From Minisyncoccota bacterium (GTDB lineage: Bacteria > Patescibacteriota > Minisyncoccia > Phycocordibacterales > Phycocordibacteraceae): 64,000 nt of DNA. Of the stretch, positions 50,040-58,794 are shown in pieces. The notes under the pieces were generated by a model that was not told the origin of the DNA, searched no databases, and worked only from the letters and a program-made list of their open reading frames with translations. The translations under genes were made by a program, and so were the position numbers. Each line of letters opens with the position of its first letter. The stretch's first letter is position 1. The stretch lies in the NCBI GenBank assembly GCA_041660025.1, contig JBAZXD010000002.1, positions 68,635 to 132,634 on the forward strand, in the 5' to 3' direction.

Positions 50040-51308
50040 TTAGCTCTCCGCGCGCAAGCGCGCGGAGAGCTCGGAGAGGGGAAGTCCGACTTCCTCGCCG
50101 GTCGCGAGTATCTTCATACGGATCGTATTATTCGTGTTCTCGTCCGCGCCGTAGGCGGCAAAGAGCGGGATGCTGCGTTTCACCGCGTCCTTGATCTGGT
50201 CGCCGAGCGCGCGGCCGCTCAGGTTGACGAAGATGCGACAGCCCTGTGCGCGGAGCGTGTTCGCGAACGCCTGTGCGGCAGGAATGTCGCTCTCGTTCGG
50301 CGTACCGAGATAGAGTTGCGGCCTGCCGTTGCTTGCACTTGGTACGAGCGAATGTGTCTCGAGGAAGTCAGAGAGTGTGACGTCGCCGAGCGCGAAGCCG
50401 ACTGCCGGGATAGGGTCGCCGCCCCAGAGAGCGACCAGGCCGTCGTAGCGGCCGCCGCCGAAGAGCGCACGCGGGTTCGCGGGGTTCGTGTCGTACACTT
50501 CGAAGATCATACCGGTGTAGTAGTCGAATCCGCGCGTGATGCCCGAATCGAAGACGACGTTGCCGACGCCGCGCGCCTTGAGCGATTCGATGAAGTCGAG
50601 CAGTCGGCGCTTCTCGCCCGCAACAGTCGAATCTTCGCTCGAATTCTCGATGAGCGCGAGCGGGTCCTTCGCAGAGATCGTCGCACTCGCCGCGGCGAAG
50701 GCCTCGGGTGCCATCTTCGACTTCTTATCGAGGAGGCGCAGGTATTGCCGGACATCGTCGCCCGTGAGCCCTGCCGCCGCGCATGCGGCAGAGAGTAGGG
50801 TGCGCGAGTTGATGCGGATGATGAAGGAGTTCTCGGCGGCTCCAAATGCCTTGAGTATCGCGGAGGCAATCTGCACAATCTCCATATCCGCTTCGCCCTC
50901 GGGGAGTCCAACCAGGTCGATATCCGCCTGATAGAACTCGCGCAGACGACCTTTCTGCGGCCGCTCGTAGCGGAAGCGGTCGCCGATAGAGAACCAACGA
51001 AGCGGGAAGGCGAGCTCGCGCCGTTTGCCGGCGACCATCCGCGCAAGCGTCGGCGTCATCTCGGGGCGGAGCGTCACGCGGCGGTCGCCGCGGTCGGTGA
51101 AGGTGTAGGTTTGTTCGCCGACTATTTCTTCCGAGGTCTTCGCTTCGTAGAGCTCGGCACGCTCGAGCGGAGAGGCGTTGTACTCTTCATACCCCCACTG
51201 CCGAAGCGTCTCGCGGACGCGCGCGAACAGCGCATCAAGCCTCCGCCAGTCGGCGGGATAGAAATCGCGGACGCCCTTGTAAGGGTCGGTTGAAAGCGGT
51301 TCGGACAT
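50040..51308 (-). CDS. hisS: histidine--tRNA ligase
   Basis: 'KGVRDFYPADW...LRPEMTPTLARMVA...RWFSIGDRFRYERPQKGRLREFYQADIDLVG' is class IIa HisRS, with a C-terminal anticodon-binding domain. Confidence 0.92.
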   Translation of the reverse strand: MSEPLSTDPYKGVRDFYPADWRRLDALFARVRETLRQWGYEEYNASPLERAELYEAKTSEEIVGEQTYTFTDRGDRRVTLRPEMTPTLARMVAGKRRELAFPLRWFSIGDRFRYERPQKGRLREFYQADIDLVGLPEGEADMEIVQIASAILKAFGAAENSFIIRINSRTLLSAACAAAGLTGDDVRQYLRLLDKKSKMAPEAFAAASATISAKDPLALIENSSEDSTVAGEKRRLLDFIESLKARGVGNVVFDSGITRGFDYYTGMIFEVYDTNPANPRALFGGGRYDGLVALWGGDPIPAVGFALGDVTLSDFLETHSLVPSASNGRPQLYLGTPNESDIPAAQAFANTLRAQGCRIFVNLSGRALGDQIKDAVKRSIPLFAAYGADENTNNTIRMKILATGEEVGLPLSELSARLRAES

Positions 51309-51430
51309 AGAGCGATTTTATCACGGACCACAGGGGATAACATCATCCGGTCTGTACGGCAGGTCTATACTAATGACGGATGGGCGGTTGTACACCTTGA
51401 TTCCGATCAACCTTGATAAGGGAGGTGGGT

Positions 51431-51589
51431 ATGAAGATATTCGATGCCATTTTCGATGCTTGGAATGCTTTTTTCGAGCAACGGAGGAAAACGGCTGCGG
51501 AGCGGGAATTCAGGCGCCTTGTTTCGAGATGGGATTCTCGTCATCCGTACAGCGGTAGCGCAGGACCCTATCTCCAACTCGAAAAGTGA
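51431..51589 (+). CDS. possible 52-aa small protein with a strong RBS (not in the ORF track)
   Basis: AAGGGAGGTGGGT-ATG encodes 'MKIFDAIFDAWNAFFEQRRKTAAEREFRRLVSRWDSRHPYSGSAGPYLQLEK'. A same-strand terminator lies about 100 nt downstream. Confidence 0.3.
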   Translation: MKIFDAIFDAWNAFFEQRRKTAAEREFRRLVSRWDSRHPYSGSAGPYLQLEK

Positions 51590-51695
51590 GGTGACTATAT
51601 CTCATCGCCGCGAAGCCCAAGTTAGCCTTGTTCTGATTTCGGCTCATTGTTCGAACGGCGAGGTACAAGTTTTCCCCCGACGATAGGAATTTCGC

Positions 51696-51729
51696 GGGCT
51701 CACACAAGACGGCATCAAAACCGTCTTGT
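51696..51729 (+). terminator. rho-independent terminator (plus-strand orientation)
   Basis: CAAGACGG-CATCAAAA-CCGTCTTG followed by TTTTGTATTT. Confidence 0.55.
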
Positions 51730-51738
51730 TTTGTATTT

Positions 51739-52272
51739 CTATACGCCCGTACCCGGTTTGGTGGAGACGTATTTGAGGATGAGGTCGCGCATTTGCCCGG
51801 GACGTGAGATGCCGCGCATCGTGAATTCCACATCCGCACCTGCGCTCTGGACCTTAATATCGCCGATGTCGAGCAGAGAGGAGACGACCCCGGAGATGTT
51901 CGTTGTCACATCCTGGACGCGCGGCAAGAGCAGGCTCGACACTTCGCGGACGAAGAAGCGACGCTGTTTGATGGTGGCGATGCGCTGGTTGGTGAGCACC
52001 CAGACATTAAGGAAGTAGCGGGTGAAGGAGCCCCACGCGCCCATCCAGGAGAGAAGCAGCCAGATGCCGAGCGTCGCACGCCCGAGCGGCGTGGAGAAGT
52101 CGAAGAATGCCGCGTAGGAAGCGAAGGGCGGCGCAAGGACGAGCAGTTTCGGAAGCGCGAATGGAGCAATGATAAGAATGGCATAAGGCAGGAGCCCCGC
52201 GAGGAAGAGGAGCCAGTGCTTGCGCACCTGCTTCACAACGTGTTCGCCCGGTTCGAGTTCAAATTCTTTCAT
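51739..52272 (-). CDS. membrane protein with a bacterial PH (YdbS/DUF304-like) domain
   Basis: Start at 'MKEFELEPGEHVVKQVRKHWL', then two TM helices, then 'NQRIATIKQRRFFVREVSSLLLPRVQDVTTNISGVVSSLLDIGDIKVQ'. The longer ORF-track start looks like an upstream read-in. Confidence 0.6.
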   Translation of the reverse strand: MKEFELEPGEHVVKQVRKHWLLFLAGLLPYAILIIAPFALPKLLVLAPPFASYAAFFDFSTPLGRATLGIWLLLSWMGAWGSFTRYFLNVWVLTNQRIATIKQRRFFVREVSSLLLPRVQDVTTNISGVVSSLLDIGDIKVQSAGADVEFTMRGISRPGQMRDLILKYVSTKPGTGV

Positions 52273-52562
52273 GGCAGGTATGCGGAGAGGAAATACCCCT
52301 GGCCGGAAAGGACGTACGACATAAGCGCGAGCGATACGAATAGATGGAGAGCTATCGCGGGGAGAGCAACCAGCGAAGCGTGGGAATATTTCAGCCAATG
52401 ATAGATGGCGACCAGCGTGTAGACGGCCCAGAAGGCGAAGACCGCGTAGAGTACCCAGACCACAGTGCCGCCGGTCGAGAAGTTCGCCGAGAATCCGTCC
52501 GGCAGGTACGAGAGCAGGGCAGAGGAGGGTGGCGCAAATGGCTGGAGCGGTTGGTCGAGCAT
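52269..52562 (-). CDS. small membrane protein (hypothetical)
   Basis: Start at 'MLDQPLQPF'. Three hydrophobic helices. Its stop overlaps the downstream start (ATGA) and its start overlaps the prmC stop. Confidence 0.5.
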   Translation of the reverse strand: MLDQPLQPFAPPSSALLSYLPDGFSANFSTGGTVVWVLYAVFAFWAVYTLVAIYHWLKYSHASLVALPAIALHLFVSLALMSYVLSGQGYFLSAYLP

Positions 52563-53302
52563 TAGGAGAATGATACAACGAGGAGGCGGGGAGTGCCGTA
52601 CTGGTCGGTGCGTATCTTCGCGGAGAGGTTTTGTGCCGCAAAGAGCGCGCACGCGGCGGCCGCGTGCGCGCTATCGAATTCGATCCAGGCCTCGCCGCCT
52701 TCGGCGAGCCGTTTTGGGAGCTCCTCGGCGACGCGACGGATAACCGCGAGCCCATCCTCACCGGCGAAGAGGGCGCGGGATGGCTCGTGTTCGGCAACGC
52801 TCGTAGGGAGCGCGCGCCCGGCGGGTATGTAGGGAGGATTTGCGGCGATAATATCGAATTTCAGATTATCGAATGGCTCGAAGAGGTCGCCGATACGCAC
52901 GCTTGCGCGCGATTCATCCAACCCGTTCTCGCGGATATTTTTCAGAATCGTCGCTTCGTGTGCCGGGTCGATCTCGCCGAAAGAGACCCGTGTGTTCGGG
53001 AGCCTGGCGAGCGCCGCGCACCCGATGGCGCCCGAGCCGGAACAGAGGTCGAGGAGATGCAGGGGCTCTGCCGACTCTCGGCTTGTGAGCGTATTGAGCA
53101 ACTGCTCCGTCCACCACTCCGTCTCGGGGCGGGGAATGAGCGGTTTTGAATCAAGGTAGATTTTCAATCCGAGAAAAGGTTGCCAGCCGATGACGTAACC
53201 GAGCGGCTCGCCTGCGGCGAGCCGCTCTCTGTCCGCTGCATATGTCGCTGTCGCGATTCCATTATATTTTTCTTCCAAGAGCCACTGCTCGTCGCGATTC
53301 AT
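52562..53302 (-). CDS. prmC: release-factor glutamine N5-methyltransferase (PrmC/HemK)
   Basis: SAM motif 'LLDLCSGSGAIG' and substrate motif 'DIIAANPPYIP' (NPPY). Confidence 0.85.
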   Translation of the reverse strand: MNRDEQWLLEEKYNGIATATYAADRERLAAGEPLGYVIGWQPFLGLKIYLDSKPLIPRPETEWWTEQLLNTLTSRESAEPLHLLDLCSGSGAIGCAALARLPNTRVSFGEIDPAHEATILKNIRENGLDESRASVRIGDLFEPFDNLKFDIIAANPPYIPAGRALPTSVAEHEPSRALFAGEDGLAVIRRVAEELPKRLAEGGEAWIEFDSAHAAAACALFAAQNLSAKIRTDQYGTPRLLVVSFS

Positions 53303-53397
53303 ACGGGAAAGCTAGCACATTTTTGCGCGGAGGGTGCGCTTTTTGGGTTATACAGGGATATACACAGCTTTTGCACTGTTTTATCCGCAGATTTTAC

Positions 53398-53600
53398 TTG
53401 ACATACGCAATAGGTTAAAGAGAATATATGTAGTTCATTCTCTTTTGGGAAGAACCTTAACAACACTACAGGTCCGTTATATGCGAATTCAATTGTCGCT
53501 ACCTAGGACCACTTATGTAACCGAGGCTCATTCCCAACTAGAAGAATGAACGGGCAGGAGAAGCCCCACACCGTGGGACTTTTCCTTTAATTTTTTTAAT
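53398..53600 (+). promoter_or_regulatory. AT-rich spacer with a sigma70-like promoter and a plus-strand terminator that delimit a candidate small RNA of about 160 nt
   Basis: TTGACA at 53398..53403, then a 17-18-nt spacer, then AGAATA/GAATAT. Downstream is the hairpin GCCCCACACCGTGGGAC followed by TTTTCCTTTAATTTTTTT near 53565..53600. No plus-strand CDS lies within 600 bp. Confidence 0.3.
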
Positions 53601-53627
53601 ACGACGAAATTGGGGAGTATGTAAAAC

Positions 53628-53661
53628 AAGAACGCCCGCGCTTACGCGCGGGCGTTCTTGT
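53628..53661 (-). terminator. intrinsic terminator of the RRM-protein gene
   Basis: AAGAACGCCCGCGC-TTAC-GCGCGGGCGTTCTT. On the minus strand it is followed by GTTTTACAT. Confidence 0.6.
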
Positions 53662-53680
53662 ATTGTCTTGGCGAGACTAA

Positions 53681-54046
53681 TTAGTATCCGCCGCGACCGT
53701 ATCCGCCGCCGTTGCCGCCGCCGAATCCGCCGCGATCACCGCCGCCGAAACCGCCTTCGCGACGCGGAGGGCGATCGCCCTGCGGGCGAGCGAAGGAGAC
53801 CGAGAGCGTGCGCCCGTCGAGCTCCTTACCGTCCCATCGGTCAATAGCCGCCTGAGCTTCCGCCTCGGTGGCCATCTCGACGAAGCCGAAACCGCGCGAG
53901 CGGCCCGTCATACGGTCGGAGATAATGCTCGCGGACACGACATTGCCGGCCTCACCGAAGGCCTTCTTAAGATCGTCTTCCGTCGAGCGATAGGGGATAC
54001 CGCCCACATAGAGCTTGTTCCCCTGTACTGCTGATTGCTGATCCAT
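53681..54046 (-). CDS. glycine-rich RNA-binding protein (single RRM)
   Basis: RNP2 'KLYVGGIPY', RNP1 'RSRGFGFVEM', then an RGG/GGY tail 'GGFGGGDRGGFGGGNGGGYGRGGY'. Start at Met 'MDQQSAVQGNKLYVGG'. Confidence 0.82.
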   Translation of the reverse strand: MDQQSAVQGNKLYVGGIPYRSTEDDLKKAFGEAGNVVSASIISDRMTGRSRGFGFVEMATEAEAQAAIDRWDGKELDGRTLSVSFARPQGDRPPRREGGFGGGDRGGFGGGNGGGYGRGGY

Positions 54047-54201
54047 GAAATACAGATAACTGGTTAATCTCGCCGAAACTGAACACTTGCGGCCGTGAAG
54101 CCGAGCGAAGCTCGAATACTCTGCGAGTGGGAAAAGTATGCCAGAAATGTCAACAAAGCGCAACCCTATATAACAAGGGTGTGGATAAGGTCTTGAGTGC
54201 G

Positions 54202-54229
54202 TTGACAGTGTGTAGTAAGGGAGTACAAT
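54202..54229 (+). promoter_or_regulatory. sigma70-like promoter upstream of the large secreted-protein gene
   Basis: TTGACA (54202..54207), a 16-nt spacer, then TACAAT (54224..54229). Confidence 0.45.
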
Positions 54230-54322
54230 TACCTACGAGATTGACAATTTGTGTTCGTGTTGTCTGGAGGTGATTTTGCCGATCTTATTATCAAGGGGCA
54301 GTTCGTAAAAAATAAAACAAGT

Positions 54323-57300
54323 ATGAAGAATGCACTGCGTGCGTCCCTGCCTGTTCTCTTTTCCGTTCTCGCATTCGGAGCCTCTGCTCCCCTCGCGTTT
54401 GCAGCGACTCTAACCGTTCAGTCGAACGCGGGGAATGCGCCGTACTATAGTGCCGTGGTAAAAGCGGCGGATCACCTCCTGTCACAGCAAAATACTGATG
54501 GTGGTTGGAAATGGTACGGAACCCTTTCCACCCCGAGTGACGAAAATCTTTTTGGTGTTACCGCTTTGGGACTGTTGAACGCATACCAGCTGACGCACAA
54601 GGCAACGTACCTTGCAGGAGCAACTTCGACCGCGGATCACTTGGTTGCTAAACCGATTCCGGCAGATGCAACGGCAGATGCAACGGCAGGAAACAAATTC
54701 TATTCCTCGGACATCACGTTTCTGGCAAAGATGGCTCAGGTGACCGGTAATACTGCCTATTCAGACAAGGCGACTGCCTTGATGACCCACTTCATATCGC
54801 AACCGAATCGTTATTGCACTGCCGGTTGTGCAACGGCGCAGAACATAGCCGATACATATCATGGGTGGTATCCAGCTCCTTCAGGCGTTGGCGATTGGCA
54901 GCTTTCTTTGTGGGTTGAGGCAGCGAAAGCAACGGGGCAAACGACGTGGGGCACCGATCTAGCGAACATCATAAAGACGGATGTTCTTGATTCCGCATAT
55001 GATCCAGCCCTCCATCTCACGCAAGACAAAAACTATGCGCTTGGACTTGCCGCTGCCCTTAAGGCAACCGCATTATTTTCTCTCGATAACGCCAGCATCA
55101 ATACAAAGTTAGTAGCAGAGCAAGACGGAGCCACAGGGGCTATAGCAGCAAACTCTGTTGACGGTATTGATCAGGCGACGGCATATTCCGTGTTAGGACT
55201 TTCTGCTGCAGGCGATTCTCCGCACGCTGCAACTTCAGCACACTTCTTTTTGGGGAATCAAAACCTCAACGGAGGGTGGACGGAGAGTGATACTCTTGAG
55301 TACACGGAAGTAAATAGTGAGATTATTCAGGCAATCTTCAGCATTCTTCCCGCCAATACCTTCTACACCATTCAAGACGCAGTTGACGCCGCCTCGTCTG
55401 GCGACACTGTGAATGTCGAAGCAGGTACGTACACGACAACCGGGCAAGTTGTTATTGATAAGAACCTCTCGATTGTCGGGGCTGCATCTACAACGGTGAC
55501 AATAATGACGGATGGTGATACGGGAAACGCAGGCGATACCAAAGGATGGTTCCTTGTGAATTCTGGAAAGACGTTCAACATCTCTGACGTTACGCTAGAT
55601 GGAACCGGACATAAAATTTATCAGGCAATTCGTTACAACGGCAACGGTGTTGTAAATCGTGTCAGGTTTACGAATATCGCGTATGAACAAAGCGGACCGG
55701 CATACAGGGGAGGCGGTGTACGGATTGGTTCTCCCGGCAATGTAAACATAACGAACTCCACGTTCGATAATATAGGACGGGTCGGAGTGCTCGCCGAAGG
55801 CGGCACCGGTACATTCAGCGATAACACATACACCGGAAAAGGGGCTGGAGATTGGCTCGATTACGCATTCGATATCGAGTATGGCGCGAACATCACGATC
55901 TCGAATAACCAGGTCTCGCATAACAGGGGAGTTGCTACTGTAGACGGTTCGACCTCATCCGCAATCTCCGTGTGGGACGATGCCGGCACGCAGGCGACGA
56001 TAAATGGCAACACGTTCACAGATAATACGGCAGGCATTGCCATCGCAATGGCTTCGGGGGCGAGCGATCCTGTGGTTACCATCGGCTCTGGCAATTCGTT
56101 CGAGGGGAACGATGTCGGTATCGATATACAAAGTGTCGGTACTGTCGGGTCACCGACCGTCGCTGTCACTGGTTCGGCATTCTCGAATAACACATCCGGC
56201 ATTCAGGTGACCGCCGGCATGGATGTGGCTAACATCTCGCTCCACAACAGCTCGTTCTCGAGCAATGCGACAAGCACGGGGAACTACGGTGTCGGTATTC
56301 TTGATGCGCTCAATAATTGGTGGGGCACGGCGAGCTCGACAGAAATTGCCGCTAAGATCATCGGTTCCGTGAATCACGATACGTGGTATCTCAATCCGAG
56401 CATGAGTGTATTGTCGGGCACTGTTATTGACGGAGCGGCAGATTCCACCACCGCTGACTTTGACGTGCCAGGTACGAATTCTGGAACGGCGGATATTCCG
56501 GAGGGCATCACGGACATCACTTTGTCTGATGACACTACGCTCGACCTCTCGAGCGCCACAACGACTTCGGCACTCCCGGATGTCATAATCGGTGGCAACA
56601 CCGTTGACCTGACGCAAGAGGTTATTCTCCAATCCGGAGTTCAGGACGAACCGATTGTATTGAGTAACTCAAACCTCGCGGATGTTAGTGCAAGCATTCC
56701 CGATGGAACGACGATCTCGGGCCCGGCCGAGTGGGACGGTACCATCGCGCCGCCCACTTCCACGACCGGCTCAGGAGACTCCCTGCCAGGTTTCATTGTC
56801 GGCGGGACAGTCATCAGTGTTGGTTCGCCTGATGTAGTACTTGTCTTCAACAAGCCAGTTACATTGACGCTTGCAGGAGTAACGGGACCGGTAGGATATA
56901 GACCGGCAGGCTCGGATACGTGGGTACAGATAACTAACACTTGTTCGGATTACAACAATCCGGCAGATCCGCCGGCTAACAGCGAGTGCGCGGTAAGCAA
57001 CGGCACTGACACCAAGATTCTCACCTACCACTTCACGACATTCGGCTCGCTCATTGCGAATCTGTCCGGACCGGGCAGTGTAGGTGGTAACGGAGGCGGT
57101 GGTGGCGGATACTCGCCAGCAACGCCAGCGACACCCGCGACTCCGGCGACGCCGACCGTGGCCGCGGCAACGCCCGCGACTCCGGCGACGCCAGCCGCGC
57201 CCGCACAGGGACAGGTGCTCGGTGCCACGACGTATAACTTCACCAAGGCGCTTGCGGTCGGCTCGCGCGGTGCTGATGTGACGGCGCTCCAGCAGTTCCT

Positions 57301-57580
57301 CATTGATAACGGCTTCTCGGTGCCGGCCGGCGCGACGGGCTACTACGGCGCGCAGACACGCGCGGCGGTCATTGCCTTCCAGAAGGCTCGAGGCATCGCC
57401 CAGGCGGGCGTTATAGGCCCCCTGACCCGCGCAGAGCTCAATAAGGGCGCGATCATCTCGGCGGTAGCAGGGAAGACGAATCTCACGACAGAGCAGGCGA
57501 ACGCGATCATCTCGATTATCGAGTCTTTCGGGGCCGACGCGGCGGTCATCGCGAAGGTCAAGGCCGCTCTCGGACAGTAG
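54323..57580 (+). CDS. large secreted multidomain protein: alpha/alpha-toroid (prenyltransferase/terpene-cyclase-like repeats), right-handed beta-helix repeats, (PAT)n linker, and a C-terminal peptidoglycan-binding domain
   Basis: Signal peptide 'MKNALRASLPVLFSVLAFGASAPLAFA'. 'LLSQQNTDGGWKW' matches the QxxDGGW repeat. The repeated 'NNxxGIxI/GNDVGIDIQ/NNTSGIQV' matches pectate-lyase-like beta-helix turns. Also 'PATPATPATPATPTVAAATPATPATPAAP'. The C-terminal 'GSRGADVTALQQFLIDNGF...GYYGAQTRAAVIAFQKARGI' is a PG_binding_1-like domain. Confidence 0.75.
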   Translation: MKNALRASLPVLFSVLAFGASAPLAFAATLTVQSNAGNAPYYSAVVKAADHLLSQQNTDGGWKWYGTLSTPSDENLFGVTALGLLNAYQLTHKATYLAGATSTADHLVAKPIPADATADATAGNKFYSSDITFLAKMAQVTGNTAYSDKATALMTHFISQPNRYCTAGCATAQNIADTYHGWYPAPSGVGDWQLSLWVEAAKATGQTTWGTDLANIIKTDVLDSAYDPALHLTQDKNYALGLAAALKATALFSLDNASINTKLVAEQDGATGAIAANSVDGIDQATAYSVLGLSAAGDSPHAATSAHFFLGNQNLNGGWTESDTLEYTEVNSEIIQAIFSILPANTFYTIQDAVDAASSGDTVNVEAGTYTTTGQVVIDKNLSIVGAASTTVTIMTDGDTGNAGDTKGWFLVNSGKTFNISDVTLDGTGHKIYQAIRYNGNGVVNRVRFTNIAYEQSGPAYRGGGVRIGSPGNVNITNSTFDNIGRVGVLAEGGTGTFSDNTYTGKGAGDWLDYAFDIEYGANITISNNQVSHNRGVATVDGSTSSAISVWDDAGTQATINGNTFTDNTAGIAIAMASGASDPVVTIGSGNSFEGNDVGIDIQSVGTVGSPTVAVTGSAFSNNTSGIQVTAGMDVANISLHNSSFSSNATSTGNYGVGILDALNNWWGTASSTEIAAKIIGSVNHDTWYLNPSMSVLSGTVIDGAADSTTADFDVPGTNSGTADIPEGITDITLSDDTTLDLSSATTTSALPDVIIGGNTVDLTQEVILQSGVQDEPIVLSNSNLADVSASIPDGTTISGPAEWDGTIAPPTSTTGSGDSLPGFIVGGTVISVGSPDVVLVFNKPVTLTLAGVTGPVGYRPAGSDTWVQITNTCSDYNNPADPPANSECAVSNGTDTKILTYHFTTFGSLIANLSGPGSVGGNGGGGGGYSPATPATPATPATPTVAAATPATPATPAAPAQGQVLGATTYNFTKALAVGSRGADVTALQQFLIDNGFSVPAGATGYYGAQTRAAVIAFQKARGIAQAGVIGPLTRAELNKGAIISAVAGKTNLTTEQANAIISIIESFGADAAVIAKVKAALGQ

Positions 57581-57594
57581 TTCCGCAACGTAAT

Positions 57595-57632
57595 ACACAA
57601 CCCCCGCCGTAGGCGGGGGTTGTGTGTTTTTA
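57595..57632 (+). terminator. rho-independent terminator
   Basis: ACACAACCCCCGCC-GTAG-GCGGGGGTTGTGT followed by GTTTTTA. Confidence 0.65.
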
Positions 57633-57657
57633 GTATTTGTTGTATCGTTATCGGCAC

Positions 57658-58599
57658 ATGAAGAAGCCGCTTTTGCACCATCTCCACGACTACTTTTTTC
57701 CGCACCCGCGCAATAATTACCGCCCGCATCTTTTCAGCGTTGCTTCGATCGCGGTACTCGCTATCGCCGTCATCATCTTCGAAGCCGGCTATCTGGTGCA
57801 GACGAAATTCGTCTTCCTGAAAACCGATTTCCTCGCGTCCGTCCTCCCGGGTACCCTCGTCGCGCTCGCGAATCAAGACCGCGCGATGATCGGCGTTCTC
57901 GGCGTCACCGAAGACTCGCTCCTGAGCTCGGCAGCGCAGGCGGCCGCCGACGATATGGCGGCAAGGGGTTACTTCTCCCACATCTCGCCCGACGGCAAGA
58001 CGCCGTGGTATTGGCTCGACCAGGCGGGGTACCGCTACAGTTATGCGGGACAAAATCTCGCGGTCAACTTCACCGACTCGGAGAATGTAGAGACGGCGTG
58101 GATGGCGTCGCCGACGCATCGCGCAAATATCGAGAAGCCGCAGTATACGAAAGTCGGCATCGGCGTGGCGAACGGCATCTATGAAGACAAGGAGACGACC
58201 TTTGTTGTTGAATTCTTCGCGGCGCCCGCTTCTCCGGCGGCACAGACGAAAGTCGTAGTCGTGGAGCCACCGCCGGGAGAGCAACTAGCGACGTCTACTC
58301 AAGTGCTCGGCAGTCAAACCGCAGTAGTTGACGCCGCTGAGGTCGCAGTCGCCGCGGCGACTGCTCCGGTCGGGCCGGGCTGGTTCACGCGCCTGCTCGC
58401 CTCTCCTCTAAATACGCTGGTAGCCATTCTGACCGTCCTTCTCGGCGCTATCGCGGTTTCGTTTACCGTCTCTATTTTCATACGCGGCAAAGTCCAGCAC
58501 CCGACCGTGATTATCGGCGGAGTGTTCCTCCTTCTGCTTATTTCCGGAGCGATACTCCTGAGTGTCGTGCTCTCTGGTCCAGTGATTATCAACAACTAA
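57658..58599 (+). CDS. membrane-anchored CAP/SCP/PR-1-like (YkwD-type) domain protein
   Basis: N-terminal TM, then 'AARGYFSHISPDGKTPWYWL...AGQNLAVNF...WMASPTHRANIEKPQYTKVGIGVA' (CAP motifs), then a Thr/Ala-rich region and a C-terminal TM helix. Confidence 0.75.
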   Translation: MKKPLLHHLHDYFFPHPRNNYRPHLFSVASIAVLAIAVIIFEAGYLVQTKFVFLKTDFLASVLPGTLVALANQDRAMIGVLGVTEDSLLSSAAQAAADDMAARGYFSHISPDGKTPWYWLDQAGYRYSYAGQNLAVNFTDSENVETAWMASPTHRANIEKPQYTKVGIGVANGIYEDKETTFVVEFFAAPASPAAQTKVVVVEPPPGEQLATSTQVLGSQTAVVDAAEVAVAAATAPVGPGWFTRLLASPLNTLVAILTVLLGAIAVSFTVSIFIRGKVQHPTVIIGGVFLLLLISGAILLSVVLSGPVIINN

Positions 58600-58606
58600 C
58601 GCTCTC

Positions 58607-58699
58607 TAGTACAAGCCGAAGACGAGACCGGGAATAAGGGTGCCTATCATCCCGAGGGCGAGGAGGAGGACGATGATGATGGCGAACGCGCGTTTCATA
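58607..58699 (-). CDS. possible 30-aa single-helix membrane peptide (not in the ORF track)
   Basis: The minus strand encodes 'MKRAFAIIIVLLLALGMIGTLIPGLVFGLY'. Very short and speculative. Confidence 0.2.
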
Positions 58700-58794
58700 T
58701 CGCTCCAGTATACCCCATGAGATAACGCTATGCTATGCAAGATAAACTCGATGCGTTGTATCTCACGGGGTATACCAAATGTCCAAAAAATTGT

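Noticed and set aside
51309-51740. SRP RNA (4.5S) between hisS and the bPH-domain gene
   Set aside because: 'GGAGGAAAACGGCUGCGG' only weakly resembles the domain IV 'CCGGAAGGAAGCAGCC', and the flanking CAGGUC motif is absent. The small ORF with a strong RBS is listed in the features as a speculative candidate instead.
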